Shown piece after piece: positions 11,740-25,385 of a stretch of 64,000 bases of DNA. Source of the stretch: Dicyema japonicum (taxonomy: Eukaryota > Animalia > Dicyemida); contig RDEW01000018.1 in the NCBI GenBank assembly GCA_011109175.1, forward strand, positions 1,112,372 through 1,176,371, in the 5' to 3' direction. Each line of letters begins with the position of its first letter. Position 1 is the first letter of the stretch. The translations under genes were made by a program, and so were the position numbers. The notes beneath the pieces were generated by a model that worked only from the letters and a program-made list of their open reading frames with translations, was not told the DNA's origin and searched no databases.

Positions 11740-13760
11740 TGGGGACTACAATGAGTGTAACCCCATTATTTCCTGGATTCACCGACATCAGAAAAGACTG
11801 AGGTGGCCATTCCCCCCCCGGGATCCTGCCCTAGAAGCTATGTCCCAAAACTGGACAAACTCCATGAAGTGGGAAATATTATATTATGTGGTGACCTCAA
11901 CGCCAAACACATCCAATGGCTGACTAGTCAATCGACCGAAAAGAGAAATAGTCTAATTGTTGCTCCTTCGAAAAAAACTTCACTCGACCTGTCCATTGCC
12001 CCGCTAATTTCATGGAACGTCTCCTACGACTTCCATGGTGATCATAATCCAATTATACTAAAGTTGTGTCGATTCAAAAGCTTACCTAGGAACAAATAAC
12101 CTTCAAAAACTAAGAATATAGACTGACCAAATTTCAAACTATTTGTTGACCGTAATCTATTGGGAATTGATCCTTGCACATTTGATTCTGTCGACACGAC
12201 TTCGCCCGGCAATTGTTGCACTGAATAAATGACCTCAAAATAATATATCTCATGAAATTAACTTTCAGAATACATCAATTTTTTAGTTTTGGTAGTATTC
12301 CGAGATTAGAAAACAGTTTCAAATTGAAGATGATCTTGTACTTTCCAACTTCATAACTTGTTGAAAGAATATTCAGTTCACTCGTTTATTATTTCACAAG
12401 AGCCATAATATTTATAGCCCCGCAATTGCAGCAAAAAATATAAGAGAAAAAGTTAGCTTGTTCCAGGCTATTCTGTTATTAGCCAGATACCTCAGTGTGT
12501 CCAGGTCGTGCTAATGTTTTTTACGCCTTTCAGATCGCCTTGTAAAACGAACGGGAAGGTTGTTCTTGGTCTTCCACGAAAGCGTCTTGGAGAGATTGCA
12601 TACTTCAATTTTTAATTTGTCCTCAAACACGAACGCTATTCTCACTAAATGGAAGAACAAACACACCAAACCAAAAAAACCGAAGCCTCACCTTCATCTT
12701 ACCGCCCGGTATCCCTAACCTGTTCGCTATCTCGTCTCATTGGAAAACTCGTACTTTTGAGAATTAAACCTCATTTGCCCTTTGTCACTACCAGCATGGA
12801 TTCAGATCGGAACGTTCTACAACACATTTAACCTTCTTGACAGAACACACTTAACCTCCTGACCTCCTTGACACAAGGTTTCAATAAGCCCAAACGGCAT
12901 CTACGGGCAGTATTAGTCTTGTGTATAGGCCATTCAAGATCGAGATCCCGTCTCCTCCCTAATGGTGTCCCTCAGGGATCGCCCGTTTCTCCGGCGCTTA
13001 TTCTTAAACGACTTACTTTGCCTGCCCTGGAGGTCCAGACTCAATTCTTCTAACATATGCTGACGATCTAATTTTTGCGAGCAGCAACAAATAAGAGGAA
13101 ATGGGAAAATCAGAACTTCAGTCACACAAACGACTTTGGGGCTTGGCTGACTTTATCCTACTTTCTATGTCCACGGAAAAATTTTAGTACACAATTTTTA
13201 CCACCTACAGGAGACAAAAAGATACGTTAGAAATCGACTTTTACTGAGATATCATTCTAATAAAAACACACCCAAGAATACTGGGAATGAAACTGGACCT
13301 CTTACTCTCTTTCTCTCAACACGTGAAGGACGTTTTTAACGAGGAGCTTCTTGAAACTCAACATCATCATAATATTTCTAAACTCCAGGACCCAACCGTC
13401 ACAGTTCTTGAAGCCAAAGATGCCCGTACCTTCCAGGATTACTGAATTTCAATTTCAAACTTATTTAAGATAAATTCCCTAAGAAGAAAAATAACCAATT
13501 TTCGGCTCAATTATTCCTTCCATTACTCCAACGTGGCTATATGGAATAATGGTCCCGGCTACATCATTTTCTGAGGCTCGGAGTCTGATCGCTTCTACCA
13601 ATCAACGAAAGAAGCCTCCGGTATACTTAAATTGAGAAAAAAGCCTACTCCTCTCCTAATTCTCATGTAAGAGAAACGTCGTGGATGAGATCGTGGTGGC
13701 TGACTAATAAAGTAGGACTCATGAATAGAGAAAACCTCTCCGAAAACCCATCTTTTAATA
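11740..13760 (+). mobile_element. Degraded I/Jockey-group LINE (APE + RT)
   Basis: ILCGDLNAKH (APE), SYRPVSLTCSL, GVPQGSPVSPAL, YADD at about 13056-13068. Confidence 0.8.
12405..12630 (-). mobile_element. RTE-like LINE 3' end nested in the LINE above
   Basis: Shares CTTCCACGAAAGCG and GCAGCAAAAAATATAAGAGAA with 16590-16790; FRGRPRTT motif. Confidence 0.65.
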
Positions 13761-13939
13761 AATAAAAATTAAACTACAAAACACTAATAAGTGAACTTCA
13801 TAGTAATATAGCAATGGTCCTGGGTTTGATCCCCACTCCTAGCTATTTGATCAAAAATTCTCTTCCTATGCTCTATCCCTTTCTTCCTTGTTCATTAACA
13901 CGCTACCGTGTGATCCACCCGCTTCAGATGAGTTCCAGT

Positions 13940-14285
13940 AATTATGATTATGGGTGGACTTGTGCGTTTGAAAACTTGTCCCCAGCGGAACACACTTTAT
14001 TAATTACTGTTTATTGTTATAAATTAAGTGACCTCGACAGCCTCAACAAGATTTCTCATCCTTTCCTTGTGTGCCTTCTGGGATCCAACGCAGCTTCTCT
14101 GTGGGCGGGATGATTTTGAGAATAGAAATCGGAAGGGTTGATGTATTACTCGATCCAAACTAACTAATCACTCGATCCTGACGCGTTCCAGCAAAACCTT
14201 CAACCAAGAACAATGATCAGAGGACGGTGTCCGGAGAGCTGTGGTTGGTTCCAGAACTCGTCGTCAGGGAACAAATGAAGTATGG
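13940..14285 (+). mobile_element. CRE-like C-terminal/3'UTR remnant
   Basis: LLGSNAASLWAG* resembles the CRE C-terminus; 14172-14270 is similar to 20965-21060 (CCTGACGC..CCAGAACTCGTCG). Confidence 0.4.
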
Positions 14286-14425
14286 AGTTATTAAATTCCA
14301 ATTAATTTAATATTTAAAAAAATAAATTTTAATTTGAGTGATTAAATTCCAATTAATTAATATTTAAAAAAATAAATTTTAAAACTCCACCGAAAAAAAT
14401 AAAACTTAGCAATTAATTTTTTGAA

Positions 14426-14618
14426 ATGCAAACAAGTGAAACTTACGGAATTGCACAAAATGTCAGGTGTATGACTATGTTTATCATAGAATGGATATTA
14501 TAAAGGGGAATATTCGTTATATGCTTTATTTTGGGCTATTTGTTTCTTTCCTCTTGGAATAATTTGTTGCCTGCTAATGAAACAGAAGAAGTGCTCCTGT
14601 TGTGGAGATATTCTTTAA
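14426..14618 (+). CDS. BRI3: Brain protein I3-like small membrane protein
   Basis: C..C [23-nt intron 14467-14489] ...LFWAICFFPLGIICCLLMKQKKCSCCG matches the BRI3 pattern; one 1-nt deletion in exon 1. Confidence 0.8.
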
Positions 14619-14709
14619 TTTATTAGTTATTCTTAACAAATTTTTAATTTAATCTAAAATAAAATTAAAATATTTAAAATCTAATTTGTCAAAAATTTTA
14701 TTATAAAAA

Positions 14710-15080
14710 TTAGAGACCACTATAGCTTGAATGTATTCCTGACTGGTCTTCAAAGAACATTCTGGAATATGTCCCCTTTACCAAAAACCCAACCTGGGTC
14801 GAAAGAATTCACTTTCTTTGTCCACCTGTACCCAAGAGGTACTAATATGAATTGTGGTTACTTTTTATGACCACAGTCATTGAGTATTTATATGAATTGT
14901 GGTTATTTTATGACCAGAGGCACGTGGAATGAAACAGTATACTTATTCAGATGGCTGGGGACTGAGGATCATAAAGGGAAAATGAAGTCTTGGGACTGAT
15001 TGCGGCATAATTCGTTTTCATTGATGCTTCGGATTGAAACATTGGCAGAAGGACGAAGAGCTTATCAGTAGGGCGAACAT
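14710..15080 (-). CDS. Putative small secreted Cys-rich protein, possibly chitin-binding CBM14 (needs frameshift repair)
   Basis: Hydrophobic MFALLISSSSF start; ELCRNQSQDFIFP..; ..FDPRLGF..GHIPEC spacing recoverable only across frameshifts; 45-bp internal duplication 14845-14918. Confidence 0.3.
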
Positions 15081-15146
15081 TTTTTTAATTTTAAAAATCA
15101 ATATTAATATTATTAATAAGCTCTGTTAACTTCCGCACGTGGAACT

Positions 15147-15310
15147 CCGCCTAAGTTTAATCCCATCCCTAACCACGTCTAATCTCAACCCTAATCACAA
15201 AGTCTAATCCCATCCCTAACTATGCCTAAGTTTAATCTCATCCCTAATCAATACTTAATATCAACCCTAATCAATACCTAATCTCAATCCTAATCATTCC
15301 TTAATCTAAT
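15147..15310 (+). repeat. Degenerate telomere-like (CCCTAA-containing) minisatellite
   Basis: Repeated TAATC(C/T)CA(T/A)CCCTAA units with about 20-28 nt period. Confidence 0.75.
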
Positions 15311-16134
15311 CTCCACATTAAGCCAAAAAGATCAAAATTTTTTAGTCATTCAAAACAATCGTTTTATTCTGCTTCGGTGGACTATCACGGTTTGTGGGTT
15401 ACCCACAATCTATGTGCATTACTTGATAAATTTTAGTGTCCAAGTGCTCATGTACACAGCCTTTTCTCGTAGATGGATTGAAATCACGATTTCTGGAAAA
15501 CGACCTATCAAGAAATCCATTTTCTGAATACTCGAGAATCTGCACAACTCATCCTTGTTCAACCATAACTTTAAACTACGTGGAGAAATAAAATAATTTT
15601 TTTTAATTTTAAATATTAATAAAGTTTTTTGGTTAAAAATAGTTTTAAAACATTTGACTAAAATATAGAACAAACCACTGACCCTATGCATTTTTGAGAC
15701 ATTTGTAATTAATTCCTTCCTTTAATTTTTGTTTAACCTTTAATATTTTAAAACAAATTTATTTAAACAAAAAAATTAAGTGTCTTTTTTAATCTTAAAA
15801 TATATATTCCCTTTAGTCTCTTAGGAGACTTTATAGTTGATCGCGTCCGAAATGGATATTGATGTTAACACAACTATCATCAAAAAAACTAAAGATACTA
15901 CCTCGATTATTTTCGTTTTCAGTTCTCTCTTTTCAATAGTAAAAAAACGTAGTTTAACATTATCTGAGATGAAATAACAAATTTCATTCTCAAATGTTAA
16001 CATTTTTGCTAGAAATCTGATTTTCCATCTTTGTTTAGCCTAGCATCGCTCGGAAATATATCTTGCGACTGAAATCTTTTAATTTCGTAAAGCTCTTGTG
16101 TGGTCAGTTTATAGATACCCATTATAATAATAGC

Positions 16135-16420
16135 ACCAGAGACCACAGTTTCACAAACTAACTAATCACGTGATCCCAACACGCACTAGCAGGGACCTCA
16201 TCTCGGCCCGATGCTCCTTCCACGACCACACACAAGCACATATCGGTCGAGTGACTGGACCATCGCAGTCACGACGGCGCGTTCCTGGTTCATTATTATC
16301 AAGGCTTCAAGAGACATTGGTGGCTGGAGTTCTCCTGAGATCCAGCGTTCCGTGATTTTGGAGGCTCTTCTCCGGCTAGCCTCGATCTTCAAGACATTCG
16401 TCCAAGAGATGATTTAACTC
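16135..16420 (-). mobile_element. I/Jockey-group LINE 3' end
   Basis: Ends ...VGIT* followed by ACTGTGGTC, as in copies at 32430, 37870, 43685 and 60588. Confidence 0.6.
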
Positions 16421-16579
16421 GTGTGATTAATTAATTTTTTTAAATACTATTTTTTAGTTTTTAATAACAATTATAATTAATTTCATTTATTTATTTTTGT
16501 GTAATTATTTTTTGAAAATGAGCGAGACATTCCTTCAACGGCGGATACTCTCAACATATTATTATTATTAACACTTTCA

Positions 16580-17500
16580 CGAGAGCCATAATATTTATAG
16601 CACCGCATGTGCAGCAAAAAATATAAGAGAATTAGTTAGGTTGCTCCAAGCTCTTCTGTTCTTTGCTAGGTCCTCAGTGAGTCCAGATCGTCACCAGATG
16701 CCAATTTTTCTTCACGACTATCAGATCGTTTTGTAGATTTACCGGGAGTAGTTCTAGGTCTTCCACGAAAGCGTTTTACATTGGACGAGTAGTAATTTTC
16801 CATTACGATGTTCGGAGGGGATATCGGGTCCAACCTCAGACGTGTCCAAAAAGTCTCCAACGAGAGCTAATGATCTCGTGGCTTAATGGTATACAGTCAC
16901 AATTATTGTACAGTCTATTCCGCGAGATCTTGGATGGCTAGGACATTCCAGTTCTCAACATATGGTGACATTAAATATAACAAAAAATCAACAAACTGCT
17001 GCTCTATTCATTTGAGTGATTTTTTGCCATAAAAATTACATAATTCAACTCAGAAAACTCTGAATTATCCACGTACTAATTCTTATTTCGATTGTTTCCA
17101 GTGTAGTTCCACGTAAGGACGGTGACAAGTACTCCTGGAAAATTTTAAATTAATTATTTTCCCTGTGGCACGTTCAGTATCCTTCTACACATGCTCTTCC
17201 AAGCTCCTCTATTGCTTGTTAATCCAAGTCCATAGTGATGACAAGTTATTGGGAGTGTAATCAGGCAGTAATTTCCAATGTTCCATCGTCTGCTATTTTC
17301 GTCTTTTGTAGGCAACATATGGATAGCCTACATTGTTCCAGGTCTCGTGCAAACTGAAGTTCTTTATCACAGGATTGAGTACTCTGGCATTTAGGGTTCC
17401 AAGAGAGAACTGACTGGTAGATATCAAACGTGAAAAGACATTTGTGCAAGAGAGGCACGTCACCATTTCCACAAAAAATTGTCACGTGGTTAAAAAAAGT
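16580..17500 (-). mobile_element. Internally deleted RTE-like LINE (APE N-terminus + 3' end)
   Basis: ARDLEQCRLSICCLQKTK (APE motif I); FRGRPRTT..DDLDSLR C-terminus. Confidence 0.7.
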
Positions 17501-19380
17501 TCTTAAAAGTGAACAATAATATAAGTAAAATTATAATTCTAAGTAATACTGAGGTAAAGTCTGGTTACAATCGATTACTTCTAGGAAAACTTTTGGGTGA
17601 AAATCCTCGATCGAGGATAACTCAAGTACTTTGAAGTTTTTAATGTGCTAGATATTGTTTTTTAAAAATGATAATGTTTTTAAAAAGCTTTTAAGTTTTC
17701 TCTAGTCAGTCGCATCTTCCAAATCTCGAGTAATTTACTTACAGAGTCGCTATTCATTTTCTATTGAAGTAATCTGTCTCCTCAATTTAAAACCGTAACT
17801 CTAGCTACAGACCTGCCCCCTATTTTAAAAAGATATTAAATATTTACTTATAAATTTAGACGCATAATAAAATACTGATTATTTTTATGTATTTATTTTA
17901 ATAAATCAGCTTTTTAGGCGGAATGTTTTTCGAGGGTCAAAAGGGTCCTACGAAAGGTGTACCTGCGGTGAATAATTAAATAAAATTATTTTCTTGTAAG
18001 ATAACTCCGAGCATAAACAAAATTATTAAAAAAAAACTTCAGAAAATTATAAGTACACCTCCTCTCGAATCCGGATAAATGGCACAACACGAAAAACCCT
18101 GAGAAAAATATCGAATCGCCACGTTTTTTCTAAAAATTACGATTTCTGTTGAACATGTAAAAGTTAATTTTTTTAGATTTTATTGTTAAATTTTTGAGAA
18201 CATGCAGAAACAAAGGTAATCAGGTTCCAAGCGCCAATAGTTAATAGACATTTCTGCAAACGATGGCAATCCTTTAAAAACCATCCGTTCTTGGGGTCTC
18301 TGCGTGCGCCACAATCGCATTCGTTTTTTCAGATTTTTGTATATTATTATCCAGAGTCTAGAACAAGCAAAAGTCTAGGTTCACTCAAATTTATTTATTC
18401 AGAAACGGAAGCCACCCTGACTGCGTGATTATTCCCTCTCAGGATTTTAGGCTAGATTCGCTCAAATATACAGGAGTGCTCGTAGAGATCTCGAATGCGT
18501 GTAGAAATCCGATTCCCTTGACGACCCAAGAGCGTAGGGGAACCTGATGTTTCTACTGTTCTTGTGGGCTTGTAAAAATCGTTCCCCCCATTTCAATATT
18601 AAAAAAGTATGCAATTTATTTATAAAATACTGTCTTAATTGTCTATTAATATTTGCAGGATTGAAAGTTACCCCCATGATCCAAATCCAATAACGGATTG
18701 AAAGTTACCCCCTGATCCAAATCCAATGATATGAAACAGCCATACCTCATTCTGGGCTCGTTATTCGGCAAACTAAAACATTGCATAATCAGAAGATACA
18801 TTTATTAAGTCATTTTAAGGGGTAAGAACGACGTGCAGTCAATAATTAGACAATAGTTGATAAATGGCGTGTAGACAATATTTTGTTTATAAAAGTCAAA
18901 ATTCAACAATCCAATCAATGGTGTATAATTCACAAAGTACTTCGGGAAACATACTTTTTGTTTCAATTTGGTTGAAAGTGTTGTTCAAGAATACTTAAAC
19001 AAAAATCCAATAACTCTGTGATCTGGTTTATTTCTGAACAAAGGCAAAAGTCAAATACAGTGCATGCTAACATGAAATCCCCTCAAAGACACTGAAAGGA
19101 TGATTTGGTAAATTGTCAAGTCTAAATATTAGCAAACAGGTAAACCTAAAGATTAAAGTCCGAAATTAGAATTAATTTTAGTTTGAATGAAATTTACCTT
19201 CAAATTGCCGAATTGTGGTAATCCATCATATAAATGAAAAGAACAGCCGAATTTTAGACCTAAAATAAAGCAACACGTTTTCCTAAGTTTTACTGATTTT
19301 ACGTATATCGACGTGAATGGATGGTATTAAAGTATTGATATTTGACTTTTCAGGAAAGAGCGTTTGGAGAGTCATTGATA

Positions 19381-20068
<688 letters not shown>

Positions 20069-22499
20069 CAGATAGTAGGGAAGAGAACCCCAGAATCCAA
20101 AAAAGAAATAGTTTTTATTATTTTTAATTTAGTCAAAAACAAACTAAAAAACAAAAATTTCCCAAAATATGATAATTGGTGATTTAAATTTTGGAATAAA
20201 TCATATTTTGCTAAGTGATAACCTGATTTAGTTTTATGCCTTGTGTATTTACCCCCGGTCCCTCAACTGGCTAACAAAAGAGTAAAAGCCAAGACGGACG
20301 CTCTCACTGATCGATAAGGTGATCTAGTGGGGGAGGTTAAAGGCGGGTCAGGAAATGAGAAGAGGTAACCCTGGTCTTTAAGAAAGAAGGAAGGGCGATT
20401 AAACTGAGATTTAGTTTTTTAAGCCCTCGTTGTTACCTTAAAGGAAGTTATGGGAACGATTATTTTAAAGGTCCCTAACTTTTTTTTGATTCCCAAATCT
20501 CATTTTAACATTAATATAAAAAATATTGACCTCTTCTAACTGGGGACCTGTCTTGAGGTAGGGGGAATTCCCTCTCAATCACGAGATCTGCTTACTTAAT
20601 ACACTTTAATGATCAAGTTTTGGAATATTTTATATCTGAAAGCCACTTATTTTTGAATTTGTTTGAAATTATTGATTTTATATTAATCAACATTGTTAAC
20701 TATTTTTTAACCTGGGGGAAATTTATTATGGTAAAATTGGGGACTGTTCGTCTTCAAGTTCGTCGTAGCGGAAGCCTCGGGATTCTTGGATGCAACCTTC
20801 ATACGCCCCAGTGGATTATTTAGCATTAGAGGATTACTGACTGAGCACATTTCAATGAAAATCGTAAATAGAACTGTTGCCAGGAAATAATACTTTGTTC
20901 ATTTCTTTAATAAAAAAATAAAATTGTTCAAAGAGAAAGGGTAAAGCCAAAGTGACTGATTCCTTTATCCTGACGCATTCCAGATGAACCTTTAAGACGA
21001 TGATTCAAAGGACCTTGCTCGGGGAGCTAAGGTCGATTCCAGAACTCGTCGCCTGGAACAAAATTGTCTCCAGATGGAATGAATATTTGAATAAAATGGT
21101 TAATTTTTACAATTTTCAAAATTAAATTATAACCCCTGTTTTTCTAAACTGAACAACCTTTAGTAATCACGTCATCAAGACAGTCGCTCCCAGAGATCCT
21201 TCCACCCTCATGTTGAGATAAATGCCACTAATTGCGTAATCTCTAAATAAATTCTCGAATCAACCAGAATTTTCTAAAAATTTATTTTTATTAAATATGT
21301 CAAAGTTAGATATTTACGAATTTGTGATAAATCAGAATATCTATAATTATAAAATTATCATGAAAATCCGATCAAAATGAGATATAAACCGACCATTATG
21401 AGATACAAGATTTTTATAAGCGATTGATCACTAAAACGTGAAAGTTTTTAATATTTTGAATATTATGGGATTTATTATGTCTAAGACACGAAGTATCTAA
21501 CTGGAGTTTGAAGACACGGAACGGCTAAAATGGATCTTTGCTGCGTCATATTTTTGTTTTAATCATCTGTTTGTGGTGTTTCAAGGTAATTCCGATATCA
21601 TTCTCATAATTAATATCAAAGGCCCTAAAATTTTTGATTTATTCATTTTGCAAAAAAAACGTGTTGAATTTAAAAAAAACAAAAATGGTGATTAGAAGGC
21701 CCCAGCCCTGAGCATGGCTATTCCCTCTGAACTGGAAATCCGCTCGAATATTCGACAGATTTTTGAGTGAATCCTTAACTCATACAGTCATCAAACTACG
21801 AGTATATTTTGCAAATTTATTTTTTGTTTGAAATCTGCGGAAGATCATAAACATTGGCACCGAAAATCAATTTGGTCCGTCCAGTTGTTTGGGAGATTCA
21901 GGTTACTCTCAAAATCATTTAGATAATTTAACCCCCTTCCCCTCAACGCGTATGTTAACCAAATTAATCGAGATTTTGAGGGTCAACGACTTTCAGTTAT
22001 GTTGTTTTCACTCTTGAAAAACTGTTTGACCACGTGACATTTAGTTTTCGTGAAACACTTTTATTTTGACTTAAAAGGTTAGTAGGATTGGAATGAGTAA
22101 TTCAACTATTAATTTGTCAGATTAAAAAATTAGGTTTTGATTTTAACCACGTGGATACTGTCTCCATGTCTGGGAACGTGTACTAAAGTCTAGAAAAGAT
22201 TGAAGTTGGAAGTTTTTTTAATTATCATTGAAAGTCACATGCTGTCACAGGCGTTATGCTCATCGAAAAACTCTGAGTCTTATTATCTGGTCTCGGACCC
22301 TATGTCTGGCTGGACAAGTATGCCAATCATAGAAAACCAACATATGCGCAAGTGCGTACCCCACAAAAAAAAGTTTTAACCTAGGAAGGACTTGTGAGTA
22401 TATTATATGAGACATGGATGAATGTTTTGAGAATGGATAACTATCAAAGGGAGAACGTCTGCTTGTGTTGACTAAGTCCATCCTCAGATAGTCTATTAC

Positions 22500-22630
22500 G
22501 TGACACAAGGACTCGACCCTCACGGGTGGGATCTGTTTGAATTGAACTTCACTGAAAGCTCCATCTTTCGGATTCGAACCCATGACTGTCAGATCCGACG
22601 TCATCAGACATACGTTCAGTCTGAAAGACT
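22500..22630 (-). mobile_element. Second tRNA-like SINE head
   Basis: GGGTTCGAATCC B-box; no full cloverleaf found. Confidence 0.35.
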
Positions 22631-22659
22631 GGATCACATATTTATTTATTTAATAATAA

Positions 22660-22810
22660 AGTGGCAGTCGAGACGTCTGGTGCCGCGGGAATTATCACAG
22701 CCTCTTTCCTGAAGGAAATCGGGGGAAATTGGTGCATCATAAGAAAGACGTGCGGGAAACAGTCTGGCTGAGGCAACGAATTGGGATTGCAGGTGTCCGC
22801 AGAAAAAAAA
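22660..22810 (+). mobile_element. CRE RLE C-terminal fragment
   Basis: VAVETSGAAGIITASFLKEIG..WLRQRIGIA. Confidence 0.7.
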
Positions 22811-22959
22811 AATTATTAAATTAATTACATAAAAAATAATAAGAAGGCCTATCATATCAAATATAACAATTAACTTAATTGATTTTTCATTTTACATTTA
22901 ATTTATTTAATTTAATTAACTTTATTAATTTTTCATTTTATTATTTTTATTTTTTAACA

Positions 22960-23325
22960 AAGAAACAAAATGTCAGTTGAGTAAGCCGTCTGCGTGCTTC
23001 ATTAATTTTTCACTTTATGTTATGTTATCCAATTAAGTCATGTCCGACCCTTGGAGATCTCACGAACAAGTTTCTTCCACTCTCCCCGATCCGTCGAAAT
23101 TTGGAGCAGCCTTAATATAGGCATTCCCGTGACGTCTTCCACCGTGGATAGCCACCGAGTCCTCGGGTCGACCAGGTCTTCTCTCCCAGTAATATTACTC
23201 AGCATAGTGTTTCTCTCCAGGGAATCAGAGCGGATAACATGCCCAAAGAACGCCAATCTGTGTTTTACGATTCTTCCTTCTAGGGAATTGTCCGTCTCCA
23301 CACGTTTGAGTACATAGTTTCATTT
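22960..23325 (-). mobile_element. RTE/BovB-like LINE 3' end with long TSD
   Basis: RLAFFGHVIR..PRTRW..DRGEWKKLV; about 40-bp AT-rich direct repeat on both sides. Confidence 0.8.
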
Positions 23326-23509
23326 ACATTTAATTTAATTAACTTTATTAATTTTTAATTTTACATTTAATTTATTTGATTTTAAATCTAATAAGTTTAT
23401 TCGTTCGTGTAATTGTTACCAGTTGGAACAAAACAATCAATATAATCTAGCTGAAAGAATTCAGTGGTTGTTAACAAAATAAACACATGGAATTAGAAGG
23501 AAGATTCTG

Positions 23510-23880
23510 GAACTTTGAGCCCTCCTTTCCGAGAATCGGGCTGACCTCACTCTCATCAAGTAATCCAAAATTTCATCCTCCACGCCAACACCTTCCTTCT
23601 TCGGATATATAGTGAGACCATGTGGAGGCCTACTCAGTTGTGGAGAACGGTATACCCTTCATGGACGTAAGTCAACGAACCTCAGAGCTTTTGGGCTCAG
23701 ACAATACTATGGAGTAGGCTACCATCAAAATCCAGCTGTTCACGTCTCATTGGTTAATTGTCAATTTATACATTCTCCACAAGGATCCTGTACAACATCT
23801 AACACCTTCAATCTACCCTGCCTGCACATTTCCCAGTTTGTCGTGCTCCACAGTTCTCTGACAGTCGAGGTGAGTTCATC
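23510..23880 (+). mobile_element. LINE APE endonuclease remnant
   Basis: LLSENRADLTLI.. and GYIV..GGLL-type motifs, degraded. Confidence 0.35.
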
Positions 23881-24318
23881 GTAAATGGTCTTATTGATAT
23901 GATTACACACAAGAACGCCATTAAGGAGCACTGATAGCTACACATATTTGAATTTAATTTTATGCTCCCCTCTTTAGCACGAGTCGCTTCGTGAAATGTG
24001 AATTATGGTTTTTCCAACGACCACAGTCCCATCTTATGTTAAGAAGATTTCGAGGACGTCGGCGTTTCCCTGCGCGAGTTCCACGTTAATATATATTATT
24101 ACCCCGGATCACTGGGTCAAAGACACTGAAAGTTTGAGCCGATACCATGTACAATGAGAAGAGCTGTACAGGATTCTCCACCCCTACGGACTCGTCCACT
24201 CCCTTGTCGGTCTGGGATCCCTTAGTTAGTTGAGAACGTTAATAAATGAGATTTAATTATTAATGAAATTATACAATTAATAAAAATTTAATAAAAATTT
24301 AAAGTTAATAATAATAAA

Positions 24319-24785
24319 ATGTCTTATGTGAGTCGATGATGTTGTAATTATTTTAGTTGTCATCCGTGAAATCAGTACTACAGCGTGGAGGGTCATATCT
24401 GAAACCAATTGTAAGCAAGTCTACCTCTGTTGTTTGCAAAGTTGCACAGAGAACTCAGGCATACGCAGCTGATGTCATAAGACCCGCTCTAAACACCCGT
24501 ATTGGACAATTGTTAACATCTATTGAAATAAGAAATGCACTTAACTGTGCGAAGGTAGAGCTACGTCCCCCCAATTTTACGGAAATGTCTCGATTCTCTA
24601 GGGAAATGAACCAATTTGTTCGTTATATGAGCGAGAGACATTACAGGCAGCTGACAGTATCTGAATTCTTTATAGGATTTTGTGTGTTTGTTGAAGTGAT
24701 GTGTTGGTTCTTTGTTGGGGAAGTTATTGGAAGGCGATCACTCATTGGTTATGATGTCCCCGGTTGTCGTAACTTTGGTCATTAA
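24319..24785 (+). CDS. ATP5MG: Mitochondrial ATP synthase subunit g
   Basis: ELRPP..; LTVSEFFIGFCVFVEVMCWFFVGEVIGRRSLIGYDV; ATG exon plus 29-nt intron 24328-24356. Confidence 0.93.
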
Positions 24786-25385
24786 TTGTTACTAATTATT
24801 AATAATTCTAATAAAGATAATTTATTAATTTTGGCTCTTAACCGAAGACATGGGGTAAAAGTCATCTCGAGGACATTGACGAGAAGATCACTGCTATCCA
24901 GGTAAGGGAGTGTAGTGACGGAATTGTGAATCACTGGAAGGACGCAACTGTCACCAAACACTCTGGAAATCCTGATTCGTCTAAACGCTGGAAAATGTCT
25001 GCTACGCCGGTCACTTCTCTGTTTGGGCTCAAGGGAGGAAACGCCGAACCAGGTGAAGGCTTTGCTGAAACTAAGGGGTAACATAGTTATCTACTTCTGG
25101 TCTTTACTTATGGTTTCTATTTCAAAACTTAGATTTCTGATGTCTCTTGAATCCACCAAGAAGTGGTACGAATGAATACACAAGCGTGGTAGAGCTGTCA
25201 GTTTACCAGCGCGAGTGCGGGCAAGATGACTTGTGAGACACCGGAAACCTTAAGCTCTGAACAAAACAAGTTTTGGATGACCTCGGTTCAAATAAATTCC
25301 TAATTTTTAAGTTAAAAATTAATTTCTTATAAATATCTTAGACCACAAAAAAAATAGAAATTCATAAAGAATAGAAAGTAAAAAT

